In this document: positions 32,370 through 43,935 of the stretch, one piece after another
Layout of the letters: each line of letters starts with the position of its first letter
Position numbering within the stretch: position 1 is the first letter of the stretch
From: Synechococcus sp. AG-679-B05
GTDB lineage: Bacteria; Cyanobacteriota; Cyanobacteriia; PCC-6307; Cyanobiaceae
NCBI GenBank assembly: GCA_003210795.1
Contig: QCUJ01000005.1
Coordinates: forward strand, 3,539-67,538
Direction: 5' to 3'
DNA: 64,000 nt
Program-made: the position numbers and the translations under genes
The notes under the pieces: model-generated
The model's database searches: none
Seen by the model: the letters and a program-made list of their open reading frames with translations, nothing else
Told to the model about the DNA's origin: nothing

Positions 32370-33512
32370 GTGATCGGGTACATCTCCGACAACCTGCTGA
32401 TCCCAATCCTGGACTTCTTCTATGGATTGGTTCCCAGCTACGGCTTGGCGATCGTGGCCCTCACGATCGTGATCCGTGTTGCCCTTTACCCCTTGAGCGC
32501 CGGATCCATTCGCAGTGCCCGACGCATGCGGATCGCTCAACCGGTGATGCAGAAGCGCCAGGCTGAGATCAAGAGCCGTTACGCCAACAACCCCCAGAAA
32601 CAACAGGAAGAACTGGGCAAGGTAATGAAGGAGTTCGGCAGCCCTCTGGCGGGGTGCCTTCCACTCTTGGTGCAGATGCCGATTCTGTTTGCTCTGTTTG
32701 CCACGCTCCGGGGATCACCCTTTGCCGATGTGCCTTACACCCTCAACATGAAGGTGTTGCCCTCTGACCAGATTGCAACGGTCGAACCAAAGCCGTTCAA
32801 CAGTGCCAGCCACTCGATATTCATTGGCGAAACGGATCACGTCCCCGTTATTGCAAGCCTGCCGCGCGGCACCAAGATCGGTGTAGGCGAGAGCGCTACC
32901 GTCAATTTGCACACCAAGGACGGTCGGAGTTTCTCCGATGTGCTCACCGACCTTGAAAATCCTGGACGTTTCAGTCCCACCTGGTCGATCACCAAGGGTG
33001 ACGACGTGGTGAACGTCAGTGAAGACGGCACCATCACCGCTCTCGCGGCGGGTGATGCAACCGTTGAAGCCAAAATCCCCGGCCTGGCAGCCCGCAGTGG
33101 CTTCTTGTTCATCAAGGCACTTGGACAGGTCGGCTTCTACGCCGACGGAGCCGTCAATTGGGACATTGCCATCCTTGTTGGTGGTTTTGGTCTGACACTG
33201 TTCCTGTCGCAGTTGCTCTCCGGGATGGGAATGCCGGCCAACCCTCAACAGGCCACGGCCAACAAAATCACTCCGGTGATGATCACCGGGATGTTCCTGT
33301 TTTTCCCTCTGCCTGCTGGTGTTCTCCTCTACATGGTGATCGCCAACATCTTCCAGGCCCTGCAGACGTTCATCCTCACCAAGGAAGCTCTCCCGGACAA
33401 TCTCCAATCGATCCTTGATCAGCAGATGTCCCAGAAAGCTGTCACGGTCACGGCAACCTCTGGGGGAAGCAGCGACTCTCGCCTCCCCTTCGAACCGAAA
33501 GGCGGCAAATGA
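32370..33512 (+). CDS. yidC: Membrane protein insertase YidC
   Basis: [32 protein letters not shown]. Confidence 0.95.
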   Translation: MIGYISDNLLIPILDFFYGLVPSYGLAIVALTIVIRVALYPLSAGSIRSARRMRIAQPVMQKRQAEIKSRYANNPQKQQEELGKVMKEFGSPLAGCLPLLVQMPILFALFATLRGSPFADVPYTLNMKVLPSDQIATVEPKPFNSASHSIFIGETDHVPVIASLPRGTKIGVGESATVNLHTKDGRSFSDVLTDLENPGRFSPTWSITKGDDVVNVSEDGTITALAAGDATVEAKIPGLAARSGFLFIKALGQVGFYADGAVNWDIAILVGGFGLTLFLSQLLSGMGMPANPQQATANKITPVMITGMFLFFPLPAGVLLYMVIANIFQALQTFILTKEALPDNLQSILDQQMSQKAVTVTATSGGSSDSRLPFEPKGGK

Positions 33513-34036
33513 TCAACGGCCTTGAGCCGATTTCTATTCAGGAACTCCGGGTGCTCGGAGGGTCGAAACAATGGACTGTGGAGGGGCATCTTGATCAGCT
33601 CCCCTCCCTCACGCCAGTGAGAGGCCAGATCTGCGCGGAACACAAAGGCAACGTGCTCGCTGTTGAAGGCGAGCTCGAGACGATCGTGACGCTCTGCTGT
33701 GACCGCTGCCTGACGCCGTTCAACCACGCACTGAAAGCCAGACCGAGTGAGTTGATCTGGCTCGGAGATGCTCCCCCTTCAGAGTCCGAGCTGCAGGAAT
33801 CCGAGCAGATAGCGGCCATGGATGGACTCGTGGAATGCCTCAATCCAAGGGGTGACTTCACCCCCGTGCAGTGGGTGTTCGAGCAGCTCAACCTCCAGCT
33901 GCCTGTGGTCAATCACTGCGGAGAGCACTGCCCAGGCCCTCCTGGCCTGAATGGTTCCACTGAAGCAACGAACGACCAACAGGCCGAACAGATGGATCCC
34001 CGCTGGCAAGCACTGCGTCGCCTCCAACAACCATGA
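33509..34036 (+). CDS. DUF177/YceD family protein
   Basis: CDRCL, CxxxCPG, DPRWQAL. Confidence 0.88.
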   Translation: MINGLEPISIQELRVLGGSKQWTVEGHLDQLPSLTPVRGQICAEHKGNVLAVEGELETIVTLCCDRCLTPFNHALKARPSELIWLGDAPPSESELQESEQIAAMDGLVECLNPRGDFTPVQWVFEQLNLQLPVVNHCGEHCPGPPGLNGSTEATNDQQAEQMDPRWQALRRLQQP

Positions 34037-35523
34037 GCAGTTCCCGCTGGACTGAGCAACTGGATCTGATGATCCGGGCCCGAACCTCATTGATCTGGAT
34101 TCGCAGCAGCGAGGAAGCCCGAGTGGAAACCCTGCTCAAGCAGACCGCTTCACGGTTGCAGCGTCAGCTGGGGTCCTGGGATTTCATTGATGGCCTGCAG
34201 GGGATCCTCAACGCCGAAGGGGTCGGCAGCCGCCAACCCATGGCCGTTCTCCAGTGGTTGAGCGATCTGAACAGCGGCAGCTCAACCCTGTTGTTGCTGA
34301 AAGACTTCCACCGCTTCTGCGAAGACCCTGGCATCGCCAGGATGCTGCGCAATCTTCAGCAGTCGCTCCGCAGCACCACCCACACCTTGGTCGTGTGCTG
34401 TGGAGCATGGACGCCTCCCGCCGATCTGGATGAAGCCCTCACCCTTCTGGACCTGCCCCTTCCCGACAACGAAGACCTGCGTCTCCTGCTTGGGAACATC
34501 AGCAAGAGCAGCGGACAACCCCTAGACCCCACTGTTCTGGAGCAGCTGACCCGCGCCTGCAGCGGCCTCAGTGAACTGCGGGTTCGTCAGGTGGCAGCAC
34601 GGGCCCTGGCTCGGCGCGGCCAACTGGGCGCTGCCGATCTGGAGGAGGTGCTGGAGGAGAAGCGTCAGACCATCGCTCGCAGCGAGGTGCTCGAGTTCTG
34701 CGCCACCGCTACAGGAACGGAAGCGATCGGAGGCCTTGATGTCCTGAAGGACTGGCTTCAACAGCGACACCGCGCCTTCTCCGATGAAGCACGCCGGTTC
34801 GGGCTGCCGATCCCCCGCGGTGTTTTGCTGGTGGGCCCCCAGGGCACCGGCAAATCCCTCACCGCCAAGGCGATTGCCCGCAGTTGGTCCATGCCACTGC
34901 TCAGGCTTGATGTGGGGCGTCTATTCGCAGGCCTTGTGGGAGCCAGTGAGGCGCGCACGCGGGAAACGATTCAACGGGCTGAAGCGATGGCCCCTTGCGT
35001 CTTGTGGATTGATGAGATCGACAAAGGCTTCGGAGGCGACAGCCGCAGCGACGGCGGAACAAGTCAACGGGTTCTGGCCAGCGTGCTCACCTGGATGGCG
35101 GAAAAGCAATCGCCTGTATTCGTGGTCGCCACGGCCAACGGCGTTGAGAGACTTCCGCCTGAATTGCTGCGTAAAGGGCGTTTCGATGAAATCTTTTTGC
35201 TGGACCTCCCCAGCATCGAAGAACGGCGAAGCATTCTCAAGCTGCATCTGAGCCAACGCCGACCGGGGCTGAACCTGCCTTTAGACACGGTGATCAGCCG
35301 CAGTGACGGATTCTCGGGCGCTGAGCTCGAACAGACCGTGATCGAAGCCATGCACCTCGCTTTTGCCGAGAGCAGGGAACTGAGTGAAACCGATCTCATC
35401 CGTGCCGCCTCCCAGCTGATTCCACTGTCGAGAACCGCGAGGGAACAGCTGGATCAGCTCAAGCAGTGGGCATCCAGCGGCAGGGCGCGACCGGCTTCCA
35501 TTGCGACAGGTAACGAAGACTGA
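34033..35523 (+). CDS. Ycf46-like AAA+ ATPase
   Basis: LLKDFH, GPQGTGKS, WIDEIDK, LRKGRFDE. Confidence 0.9.
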   Translation: MSSSRWTEQLDLMIRARTSLIWIRSSEEARVETLLKQTASRLQRQLGSWDFIDGLQGILNAEGVGSRQPMAVLQWLSDLNSGSSTLLLLKDFHRFCEDPGIARMLRNLQQSLRSTTHTLVVCCGAWTPPADLDEALTLLDLPLPDNEDLRLLLGNISKSSGQPLDPTVLEQLTRACSGLSELRVRQVAARALARRGQLGAADLEEVLEEKRQTIARSEVLEFCATATGTEAIGGLDVLKDWLQQRHRAFSDEARRFGLPIPRGVLLVGPQGTGKSLTAKAIARSWSMPLLRLDVGRLFAGLVGASEARTRETIQRAEAMAPCVLWIDEIDKGFGGDSRSDGGTSQRVLASVLTWMAEKQSPVFVVATANGVERLPPELLRKGRFDEIFLLDLPSIEERRSILKLHLSQRRPGLNLPLDTVISRSDGFSGAELEQTVIEAMHLAFAESRELSETDLIRAASQLIPLSRTAREQLDQLKQWASSGRARPASIATGNED

Positions 35524-35602
35524 CCCCAGGTAACGAACAAGACGTCTTATCAAGCTCGTCGCAAATCATCTCCCTACGGTCAATCAAATCGTTCCGATTT
35601 CT

Positions 35603-35764
35603 GTGGGCAGCTCGAACAACATCGTCAGCCAGCTCTGCGTGGCCTGCCTTGGTGCCGGTGTGATCACAACCGTTGCTGTTGCTCAGGGCCAGAACCCCCT
35701 GACCGCTCTTGGCATCACGGTGTTCTCAGCTGTGGCCGCAGTGATGGTGGGCCAGGTTCTCTGA
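35603..35764 (+). CDS. Small two-helix membrane protein (53 aa, absent from ORF track)
   Basis: Manual translation MGSSNNIVSQLCVACLGAGVITTVAVAQGQNPLTALGITVFSAVAAVMVGQVL; fills the gap before serS. Confidence 0.7.
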   Translation: MGSSNNIVSQLCVACLGAGVITTVAVAQGQNPLTALGITVFSAVAAVMVGQVL

Positions 35765-35805
35765 ACGGCTTGCCATAGGCTGCCGGCGCCAATGCCGCCG
35801 GACCC

Positions 35806-37083
35806 GTGCTCGATCAGCGCCTTGTGCGTGACAACCCTGAAATCATCGCCTCACAGCTGGGGCGTAGGGGCAAGGCCGTTGATCTGACCAAACTGCAGCT
35901 GATCGCTCAACAGCAACGCAATCTCGAGGAGCAGCGCAGCGGCCTTCAAGCGGAAGGCAACCGTATCGGCAAGGAAGTTGGTCTGCAGATCAAGTCCGGA
36001 ACGGATCCCAAAAGTGAAGACATCGCCAATCTGCGCAAGCAGGGCAATGCAATTAAGCAAAAAGTGTCCGTGCTGGAGGACGAGGAGAAACTCCTCAGCT
36101 CACAGCTCAAGGATCAGCTGCTGACCTTCCCCAATCTTCCCTCTGACGATTGTCCTGACGGCACAAGCGAGAACGACAACGTTGAGGTGCGCCGCTGGGG
36201 AGCGCCGCGTGAAGAGGAGGGGTTGGAGGAGCACTGGCAGATCGCGGAACGTCTGAAGCTGATCGACACCGAACGCTCCGTGCGGATTGCCCAAAGCCGC
36301 TTTGTGACCCTGATGGGGCAGGGAGCCCGGCTGGAACGGGGCCTGATCAACTTCATGCTTGATCTCCACACCAAAAAGGGATACCGCGAGGTGTTGCCCC
36401 CCGTGCTGGTGAACACCGCCAGCCTCACCGGATCCGGCCAACTTCCCAAATTTGCCGAGGAGAGCTTCCGCTGCGCCGACGACGACCTCTGGCTGACCCC
36501 AACCGCGGAAGTCCCTGTCACATCGCTCCACCGTGACGAAATCATCCCCGCCGATCAGCTGCCGCTGCGCTACGCCGCTTACAGCCCCTGCTTTCGGCGC
36601 GAAGCTGGCAGCTATGGAAGGGACACCCGAGGGTTGATCCGCCTGCATCAATTCAACAAGGTGGAGCTGTACTGGTTCGCCCACCCAGACCACTCCGAAG
36701 AAGCCCATCAGCAGATCACCGCCGATGCTGAAGCAGTGCTGCAGGCTCTGGAACTTCCCTACCGGGTGCTGGACCTCTGCACGGCGGATCTGGGTTTCTC
36801 AGCGCGCCGCACCTACGACCTGGAGGTTTGGCTTCCCGGTGCAGGTGCCTATCGCGAAATCTCGAGCTGCAGCGTCTGCGGAGACTTCCAGGCAAGACGC
36901 TCCGCCATCCGCACCAAAGAAGGCAAGTCCACAAAACTGGTGCACACCCTCAATGGCAGTGGCCTCGCTGTAGGTCGCACCATGGCGGCTCTGCTTGAAA
37001 CGGGCCAGCAACCGGATGGACGTGTTCGCTTGCCATCTGCTCTGGTCCCCTACGTCGGCTGCGAGCTGCTGCAGCCAGAATGA
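35806..37083 (+). CDS. serS: Serine--tRNA ligase
   Basis: LTPTAEV, FRREAGSYGRDTRGLIRLHQF, EISSCS, TLNGSGLA. Confidence 0.98.
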   Translation: MLDQRLVRDNPEIIASQLGRRGKAVDLTKLQLIAQQQRNLEEQRSGLQAEGNRIGKEVGLQIKSGTDPKSEDIANLRKQGNAIKQKVSVLEDEEKLLSSQLKDQLLTFPNLPSDDCPDGTSENDNVEVRRWGAPREEEGLEEHWQIAERLKLIDTERSVRIAQSRFVTLMGQGARLERGLINFMLDLHTKKGYREVLPPVLVNTASLTGSGQLPKFAEESFRCADDDLWLTPTAEVPVTSLHRDEIIPADQLPLRYAAYSPCFRREAGSYGRDTRGLIRLHQFNKVELYWFAHPDHSEEAHQQITADAEAVLQALELPYRVLDLCTADLGFSARRTYDLEVWLPGAGAYREISSCSVCGDFQARRSAIRTKEGKSTKLVHTLNGSGLAVGRTMAALLETGQQPDGRVRLPSALVPYVGCELLQPE

Positions 37084-37107
37084 GGCGACCGCGAGATTGA
37101 AGCAGAC

Positions 37108-38193
37108 ATGAACGTGTTCGCAGCCCTGGCCGTTCTGGCCGTGCTGATCGTGGTTCATGAGGCCGGACACTTCTTGGCGGCCACGCTTCAAGGCATTCGC
37201 GTCAGCGGTTTCTCGATCGGTTTCGGACCAGCCCTGATCAAACGCCAGCGTCGTGGGGTGACCTATGCCATTCGGGCGCTGCCCCTGGGCGGTTTCGTGG
37301 CCTTTCCCGATGACGATGAGAGTAGTGATATCGACCCAGACGACCCGGACCTTCTGGGCAATCGTCCCCTCCCCCAACGCGCCCTGGTGATTGCCGCTGG
37401 GGTACTGGCCAATCTGCTACTCGCATTTGTGGTGCTGTTTGGCCAGGCCGCCATCGTCGGGCTGCCTGCACCACCGGACCCCGGAGTTCTGGTGGTGGCT
37501 GTCCAACCGGAAGGGGCGGCCGAACAAGCCGACCTGAAGCCAGGCGACAGGGTTCTTGAGATCAACGATGTCGCTCTGGCTGCAGGCCAGAGCGGAGTGC
37601 AGGCGATGGTTGAACGAATCAAACAGGCCCCCGGTGTGCCACTGACGCTGCTGCGAGAGAGGAATCAGCAACGCGAAAGCATCACGCTGCAGCCGTTGAA
37701 TCAGCAGGGTCAAGGGCGCATCGGGGCTCAGCTTCAGGCCAATCTCAGTGGCGTCATCCGACCCGCGAAAGGGCCAGGCGAGCTGTTGGGTCGGACAGGG
37801 GAGGAATTTCAACAGCTGTTGAAGCAGACCGTTGCGGGATACGGCGGCCTGATCACCAACTTCAAAGCAACAGCCAGCCAGGTGAGCGGACCGGTGAAAA
37901 TCGTTGAGATGGGCGCTCAGCTGAGCGAACAGGGCGGATCCGGCCTGGTGCTGTTCATGGCTCTGATCTCGATCAATCTCGCCGTGCTGAATTCCCTGCC
38001 TCTGCCCCTTCTGGATGGTGGGCAGATGCTCCTGCTCCTGATCGAGGGCTTGCGCGGAAAACCCGTCCCGGAGCGTCTGCAGTTGGCGGTGGCGCAGTCG
38101 GGGTTTTTGCTGATCGTTGGACTGACGCTGGTTTTGATTATTCGCGACACAAGCCAGTTGTCCGTGGTGCAGCAACTGATGGGCCAGCGCTGA
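37108..38193 (+). CDS. rseP: RIP metalloprotease RseP
   Basis: HEAGH, PDZ domain, NSLPLPLLDGG. Confidence 0.95.
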   Translation: MNVFAALAVLAVLIVVHEAGHFLAATLQGIRVSGFSIGFGPALIKRQRRGVTYAIRALPLGGFVAFPDDDESSDIDPDDPDLLGNRPLPQRALVIAAGVLANLLLAFVVLFGQAAIVGLPAPPDPGVLVVAVQPEGAAEQADLKPGDRVLEINDVALAAGQSGVQAMVERIKQAPGVPLTLLRERNQQRESITLQPLNQQGQGRIGAQLQANLSGVIRPAKGPGELLGRTGEEFQQLLKQTVAGYGGLITNFKATASQVSGPVKIVEMGAQLSEQGGSGLVLFMALISINLAVLNSLPLPLLDGGQMLLLLIEGLRGKPVPERLQLAVAQSGFLLIVGLTLVLIIRDTSQLSVVQQLMGQR

Positions 38194-38252
38194 TGCTCAG
38201 GTCTGTCGGCATGTAAGGTTGACCATCCAATCTTCCGCCGCTCCAGAGCTGC

Positions 38253-38555
38253 ATGGCCAAGAAGTCGATGATTGCCCGCGACGTCAAGCGCAAGAAGCTG
38301 ACTGAGCGTTACGCGGCAAAGCGTGCAGCACTGATGGCGGCTTTCAACGCTGCGAAAGATCCGATGGATCGCCTGGAGATCCATCGCAAAATTCAGGCCT
38401 TGCCCCGCAACAGCGCTCCCAATCGCATCCGTAACCGTTGCTGGGCCACTGGAAAACCCCGTGGTTACTACAGAGATTTCGGTCTTTGCCGCAATCAGCT
38501 CCGGGAGCGGGCACACAAAGGTGAACTTCCCGGTGTGGTCAAGTCCAGTTGGTAA
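38253..38555 (+). CDS. rpsN: 30S ribosomal protein S14
   Basis: MAKKSMIAR...[12 protein letters not shown]...LPGVVKSSW. Confidence 0.98.
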   Translation: MAKKSMIARDVKRKKLTERYAAKRAALMAAFNAAKDPMDRLEIHRKIQALPRNSAPNRIRNRCWATGKPRGYYRDFGLCRNQLRERAHKGELPGVVKSSW

Positions 38556-38589
38556 ACAACAGTTTCTGTCGCTAGTTCAAATCGAACCA

Positions 38590-38616
38590 GGGAGGCTTCA
38601 ACGTCTCCCTTTTTTT
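38590..38616 (+). terminator. Intrinsic terminator after rpsN
   Basis: GGGAGGC-TTCAAC-GTCTCCC followed by T7. Confidence 0.8.
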
Positions 38617-38671
38617 GTCCAAGAAAACCGCGAAGTGTCAAGATATCTCTGTCAAGCGGACATAAACAGAC

Positions 38672-40837
38672 GTGCAAGGACAAACCCAGTCGATCTCCTT
38701 TGATGGACGAGAGATTCGACTGACCACAGGCCGGTTCGCCCCGCAGGCGGGTGGATCTGTTCTGGTCGAATGCGGTGATACGGCCGTGCTTGTGACCGCA
38801 ACCCGATCCGGCGGTCGCGATGGTATCGATTTTCTCCCACTAATTTGCGACTACGAAGAGCGTTTGTACGCAGCCGGTCGCATCCCTGGCAGCTATATGC
38901 GCCGGGAAAGCCGCCCGCCTGAGCGCGCCACGCTCACTGCCCGGTTAATCGATCGGCCGATCCGCCCCCTGTTCCCCTCATGGATGCGGGATGACCTGCA
39001 GATCGTTGCCACCTGCCTTTCGCTGGATGAACGAGTTCCGGCCGACGTGTTGGCTGTGACTGGCTCGTCGATCGCCACCCTCCTGGCCGGGATCCCCTTC
39101 AACGGCCCCATGGCCGCGGTGCGGGTCGGCTTGTTGGGCGATGACTTCGTGCTCAACCCCAGCTACCGCGAAATGGAACGTGGCGACCTGGATCTGGTTG
39201 TCGCTGGCACACCCGACGGTGTTGTGATGGTGGAAGCCGGTGCCAACCAGCTGCCGGAAGGGGATGTGATCGAAGCGATCGACTTCGGTTACGAAGCGAT
39301 CTGTGAACTGATCAAGGCCCAGGAGCAGCTGCTGAAGGACCTAGGCATCAAACAGGTGAAGCCTGAAACACCCACAGAAGACAAAACGGTTCCGGCCTAC
39401 CTCGATAAACAGTGCAACAAAGCGATCAGCGAGGTGCTCAAGAAGTTCGAACAGAGCAAAGAGGAGCGGGACACCGCACTTGACGCCGTCAAGGCAGAGA
39501 TCTCGGAAAAGATCGCCGGCCTCAAGGAGGACGATGCTGTGCGTCAGGCCGTGACAGCCAGCTCGAAGCTGCTGGGCAATAGCTTCAAGGCGCTGACCAA
39601 AACCCTGATGCGCCAACAGATTCTGAAGGATGGCAAGCGCGTGGATGGCCGCGGGCTCGACGAGGTGCGAACCATCAGCGCACTGGCCGGCGTGTTGCCC
39701 CGCCGCGTGCACGGCTCAGGTCTGTTCCAGCGGGGACTAACGCAGGTGCTGTCCACCGCAACTCTGGGAACACCAAGTGATGCCCAGGAGATGGACGACC
39801 TCCACCCCAACACCGAAAAGCTCTACCTGCACCACTACAACTTCCCTCCCTACTCCGTTGGCGAGACCCGTCCGATGCGCTCTCCCGGTCGGCGGGAAAT
39901 CGGCCATGGAGCCCTGGCCGAGCGGGCGATCCTTCCTGTTTTGCCTGAGAAGGACACCTTCCCCTATGTGGTGAGGGTGGTGAGTGAAGTGCTGAGCTCC
40001 AACGGTTCCACCTCCATGGGATCGGTCTGCGGCAGCACGCTGTCACTGATGGATGCAGGTGTTCCCCTCAAGGCACCAGTGAGTGGTGCCGCCATGGGTC
40101 TGATCAAAGAAGGGGATGAGGTTCGGATCCTCACCGACATCCAGGGTATCGAGGATTTCCTCGGTGACATGGACTTCAAGGTGGCGGGCAGCGAAAAGGG
40201 AATCACCGCCCTGCAGATGGACATGAAGATCACCGGACTTTCGGTGCAAACAATCGCCGAGGCCGTCAACAAGGCCCGCCCGGCTCGTCTGCACATCCTC
40301 GAGAAGATGCTCGAGGCCATTGATACCCCACGAGAGGGACTCTCTCCCCACGCTCCGCGCCTGCTCAGCTTCCGCATCGACCCTGAGCTGATCGGCACGG
40401 TGATCGGTCCTGGTGGCCGCACCATCAAGGGCATCACCGAGCGCACCAACACCAAGATCGACATTGAAGACGGCGGAATCGTCACCATCGCCTCCCATGA
40501 CGGCGCTGCCGCCGAGGAAGCCCAGAAGATCATTGAAGGCCTCACTCGCAAGGTGAATGAGGGCGAGGTGTTCTCCGGTTCGATCACGCGGATTATTCCG
40601 ATCGGTGCCTTTGTGGAGATCCTTCCCGGCAAGGAGGGCATGATCCACATTTCCCAGCTGTCGGAAGCTCGGGTTGAGAAGGTCGAAGACGTCGTGAAGG
40701 TGGGTGACGAGGTCACCGTGCGCGTTCGCGAAATCGACAACCGCGGCCGGATCAATCTCACCTTGCGCGGTGTGCCCCAGAGCGGTGACAGCACCGCAGT
40801 GGAGCCTCAGCCCACCCCGGTGGCACCGCTCAACTGA
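38672..40837 (+). CDS. pnp: Polyribonucleotide nucleotidyltransferase
   Basis: [30 protein letters not shown] and S1 domains. Confidence 0.98.
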   Translation: MQGQTQSISFDGREIRLTTGRFAPQAGGSVLVECGDTAVLVTATRSGGRDGIDFLPLICDYEERLYAAGRIPGSYMRRESRPPERATLTARLIDRPIRPLFPSWMRDDLQIVATCLSLDERVPADVLAVTGSSIATLLAGIPFNGPMAAVRVGLLGDDFVLNPSYREMERGDLDLVVAGTPDGVVMVEAGANQLPEGDVIEAIDFGYEAICELIKAQEQLLKDLGIKQVKPETPTEDKTVPAYLDKQCNKAISEVLKKFEQSKEERDTALDAVKAEISEKIAGLKEDDAVRQAVTASSKLLGNSFKALTKTLMRQQILKDGKRVDGRGLDEVRTISALAGVLPRRVHGSGLFQRGLTQVLSTATLGTPSDAQEMDDLHPNTEKLYLHHYNFPPYSVGETRPMRSPGRREIGHGALAERAILPVLPEKDTFPYVVRVVSEVLSSNGSTSMGSVCGSTLSLMDAGVPLKAPVSGAAMGLIKEGDEVRILTDIQGIEDFLGDMDFKVAGSEKGITALQMDMKITGLSVQTIAEAVNKARPARLHILEKMLEAIDTPREGLSPHAPRLLSFRIDPELIGTVIGPGGRTIKGITERTNTKIDIEDGGIVTIASHDGAAAEEAQKIIEGLTRKVNEGEVFSGSITRIIPIGAFVEILPGKEGMIHISQLSEARVEKVEDVVKVGDEVTVRVREIDNRGRINLTLRGVPQSGDSTAVEPQPTPVAPLN

Positions 40838-40844
40838 TCAGGCT

Positions 40845-41759
40845 TCAGACCTGAAAGCCGGGATCAATCTCTGCCATGGCCCGCGTCGCACGCTCACCGA
40901 GCTCGGCGTGGGCTTTTCCATGGCTCGCAATCAGGCAACCCGCCTGGCGCACATCGCCGGTGTTGTAGGTGAGTTCAGCCTGATCAGAATGGGTGAAACG
41001 CCCCCCTGCGGCAAGCAGAACCGCCTCAGGCGCAGCCATGTCCCAGTCTTTGGGAGCACTGCGGCCGGAAAGGGAGATGTAGAGATCCGTCTCACCCCGG
41101 AGGATCGTGGCGACCTTGCACCCAACGCTTCCCACCGCCTTCGCTCCGCCCAGCTCAAGGGCGGCGATCAGTTGTTCCAAGCGATCATCCCGATGGCTGC
41201 GGCTGGCCACCAGGATCAGATCCGACACCTGGCTGCGGGGGCTGAAGCGCACGGGAGAACGCTGCCCCTGACGATCTTCACACCAGGCACCCTCCCCGAT
41301 GATGCCGATCCATAACTCATCAGCCTCAGGCAGGAGCACAACCCCGATCACTGGACGCTTTCCTTTCACGAGTGCCAGATGCACGGCGTATTCACCCGTG
41401 CCCTGCAAAAAATCCTTGGTGCCATCAAGGGGATCAAGAATCCATAGCCATTCGGCTGGCAGGGGCTGGCCCTCCGTGAGCTGTTCCTTGGCGGTCTCCT
41501 CACTCAGCAGGGTCCAATCCGCCTTGGGGAATGCAGCCGACAGGCCATCCAGAAGCCATTGATTCACCGCCAGATCGGCGGCGGAAACCGGGCCTTCACC
41601 ACCGTTGTCGACACTCAGTGCCTGGGGGAAACCATGGGGCGGTTGCTCACCCCGCGCATAGGCCCTCAGGATGTCGGCGGCACCCCAGCTGAGGCGACGC
41701 AATTCGGCAAGCAGTGCGTCCTGGCTGACACCGGAGGGCAGAACGGCGGAGCTGGGCAT
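40845..41759 (-). CDS. cysQ: 3'(2'),5'-bisphosphate nucleotidase CysQ family
   Basis: LSEE, WILDPLDGTKDF, SRSH, WDMAAPEA. Confidence 0.88.
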   Translation of the reverse strand: MPSSAVLPSGVSQDALLAELRRLSWGAADILRAYARGEQPPHGFPQALSVDNGGEGPVSAADLAVNQWLLDGLSAAFPKADWTLLSEETAKEQLTEGQPLPAEWLWILDPLDGTKDFLQGTGEYAVHLALVKGKRPVIGVVLLPEADELWIGIIGEGAWCEDRQGQRSPVRFSPRSQVSDLILVASRSHRDDRLEQLIAALELGGAKAVGSVGCKVATILRGETDLYISLSGRSAPKDWDMAAPEAVLLAAGGRFTHSDQAELTYNTGDVRQAGCLIASHGKAHAELGERATRAMAEIDPGFQV

Positions 41760-41785
41760 CAGAATCGATTCAAGCGCTGGCCATT

Positions 41786-42646
41786 GTGATGCAGCGGGAC
41801 GAGCCTGCGGCAAGCCATCTGTACCTGGTGGGAACACCGATCGGCAATCTGGGGGATTTTTCTGCGCGGGCCAAAGCTCTGCTGACGGCCGTGGATGTGA
41901 TCGCCTGTGAGGACACCCGTCACAGCGGGCTGCTGCTGAGCAACCTGAAGGCGCGGGGCCGGAAGATCTCCTTTCATCAGCACAACACCCGCACCCGGCT
42001 TCCCCAGCTGCTCGAATTGCTGGCGGAGGGCAACAGCCTGGCGGTGATCAGTGATGCCGGGCTGCCCGGCATCAGCGACCCGGGGGAAGAACTGTCCGCT
42101 GCCGCACGGAGCGCTGGTTTTCCGGTGATCTGCATTCCCGGGCCCTGTGCCGCCACCACAGCCCTGGTGTGCAGTGGCCTGCCCAGCGCCCGCTTCTGCT
42201 TCGAGGGCTTTCTGCCTGTGAAAGGACGGGAGCGAAAAACACGGCTGGAGGCCATTGCCGCTGAACAGCGCACCAGCGTTCTGTATGAAGCCCCACACAG
42301 ATTGATCACCCTGCTGGAAGAACTGGAACAACTGTGCGGAGCGAATCGGCCGCTGCAGGTGGCACGGGAGCTGACCAAAAGGCATGAACAACAGGTGGGG
42401 CCAACGATTGCAGCAGCGCTGGAACACTTCGGAACGCATCGACCGCAAGGCGAATTCACCCTTGTGCTGGGGGGCTGCCCAGCGGAAGCTGAGATCGAGC
42501 TGGACGATGCCACCCTGCTGGATCGCATGAATGCGGCCATGCAGGCCGGCACCAGTGCAAGCTCAGCCGCGCGCCAGCTGGCGAGTGAGACCGGCATTTC
42601 CCGGCGGCGGCTGTACGGACTGATTCACCACAACGCGGCAGACTGA
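41786..42646 (+). CDS. rsmI: 16S rRNA C1402 2'-O-methyltransferase
   Basis: LYLVGTPIGNLGD, CEDTR, SDAGLPGISDPG, YEAPHR, RELTK. Confidence 0.95.
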   Translation: MMQRDEPAASHLYLVGTPIGNLGDFSARAKALLTAVDVIACEDTRHSGLLLSNLKARGRKISFHQHNTRTRLPQLLELLAEGNSLAVISDAGLPGISDPGEELSAAARSAGFPVICIPGPCAATTALVCSGLPSARFCFEGFLPVKGRERKTRLEAIAAEQRTSVLYEAPHRLITLLEELEQLCGANRPLQVARELTKRHEQQVGPTIAAALEHFGTHRPQGEFTLVLGGCPAEAEIELDDATLLDRMNAAMQAGTSASSAARQLASETGISRRRLYGLIHHNAAD

Positions 42647-42666
42647 GACCAGTCGAGGCCTGCCTG

Positions 42667-42897
42667 TTGTTACTGCGCCTGCGTCTGCTGCTGTTCAGCC
42701 TTGGAACAGGGACGCTGCTGCTGTTGCTGCTGTGCCTTGGGGCTCAGAACCTCTCAGAGCGCCACACTCTCCAGGTTGGATCGTTCCGCTCCGCATCGCT
42801 GCCCAGCGGCTTTCTCGTTGGCGTTTCGCTGGTGATCGGTGTGATCAGTGGCGGCAGCGCCATCTCCGTTCTGATGCCACAACCAAGACGTGACTAA
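42667..42897 (+). CDS. Small membrane protein (LapA/DUF1049-like)
   Basis: Two hydrophobic segments around GAQNL and LPSGF. Confidence 0.65.
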   Translation: MLLRLRLLLFSLGTGTLLLLLLCLGAQNLSERHTLQVGSFRSASLPSGFLVGVSLVIGVISGGSAISVLMPQPRRD

Positions 42898-42924
42898 ACC
42901 GCTTTCCCTCATTGCTGGGGGGAA

Positions 42925-43728
42925 TCAGTCTTTTGCTGTCTGATCCAGAGCCATCACACTTCCGTCCATCACCAAGCGAGTGATCCCACGGGCCAGCAGA
43001 TAGTTGCTGGTGAGCCCGAACACACCGGTGTCGGGCACCTTGATCACACGCTGGCTGCGGCCGCACTGGCGCTTGGCCGCACGCGGGCTCGTGAAGAGGC
43101 AGATGCCCTGCATATCCAGCTCTGCGGTATCCAGAGCTCCGATGTCTGGGAAATCCCGCAGCGGGCGGGCATCCAGTTCCACCACCTTGTCCACCAGCAT
43201 ATAAGCGCTGGCTGGGAGCAGATCCGGTGCGAAGGGCTTCACGGCAACGGCGGAATGGCCACCCATGTCGGCCACCCCGGCCAGAGGGACCAGCTCCGTA
43301 AACACATCCGCAGCAGAGGAGTCCTCCTCGTCGTCGGTGTCGACGTCGTCCTCGGCGAAATCTTCCGCATCATCGAGGGCCAGGGTTCCTGTTTCCTCAG
43401 AGTCCGGATCGGAGTCGCCCGCCTCCTCAACACTCGGTTCCACAGAAACCGGGGGACTGACCGGGGTAGTCGTCAGTTCCGGGGTCGGACTGTCTTCAAC
43501 CGACGGTTCCTCCATCGGCGCTGCAGCGGTGGTGCCGTGTTTCTGACGGCTGGCCTTCAAAGCGGCATAGGCCTCTGGAGGCAGCAGGGCTTTGACGGTG
43601 CGGCTCACCGTGTTGGGACTGCATCCGAAGGCTGCCGCCAGGGCCGCTGTGGACTCGCCGGCCTTGTAACGACCCACCAGATCCTGCTTCTCGCTGTCGC
43701 TGAGACGACGCGGAGCCATCTTTGCCAT
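42925..43728 (-). CDS. Conserved hypothetical protein with N-terminal HTH and acidic linker
   Basis: RLSDSEKQDLVGRYKAGESTAALAAAFGCSPNTVSRTVK. Confidence 0.8.
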   Translation of the reverse strand: MAKMAPRRLSDSEKQDLVGRYKAGESTAALAAAFGCSPNTVSRTVKALLPPEAYAALKASRQKHGTTAAAPMEEPSVEDSPTPELTTTPVSPPVSVEPSVEEAGDSDPDSEETGTLALDDAEDFAEDDVDTDDEEDSSAADVFTELVPLAGVADMGGHSAVAVKPFAPDLLPASAYMLVDKVVELDARPLRDFPDIGALDTAELDMQGICLFTSPRAAKRQCGRSQRVIKVPDTGVFGLTSNYLLARGITRLVMDGSVMALDQTAKD

Positions 43729-43802
43729 GCAGAGCCCATCACCTTAGAAGCACAGCTCGGATCTCACCTCAATCGGGCAGGCAACTGGCAAACTGTGCCC
43801 GT

Positions 43803-43876
43803 GCTCCCTTAGCTCAGCTGGATAGAGCAACTGCCTTCTAAGCAGTCGGTCGTCGGTTCGAATCCGCCAGGGGGCG
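43803..43876 (+). tRNA. tRNA-Arg (anticodon TCT)
   Basis: Acceptor GCTCCCT/AGGGGGC, D-arm GCTC/GAGC, anticodon arm ACTGC-CTTCTAA-GCAGT, T-loop TTCGAAT; one mismatch in the T-stem. Confidence 0.96.
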
Positions 43877-43890
43877 CTTGTCACATGAGA

Positions 43891-43920
43891 GGGGTTTCAG
43901 CGAAAGCTGAGCCCTTTTTT
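43891..43920 (+). terminator. Intrinsic terminator downstream of tRNA-Arg
   Basis: GGGTTTCAGC-GAAA-GCTGAGCCC followed by T6. Confidence 0.85.
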
Positions 43921-43935
43921 CTTGGTTAATAGTTT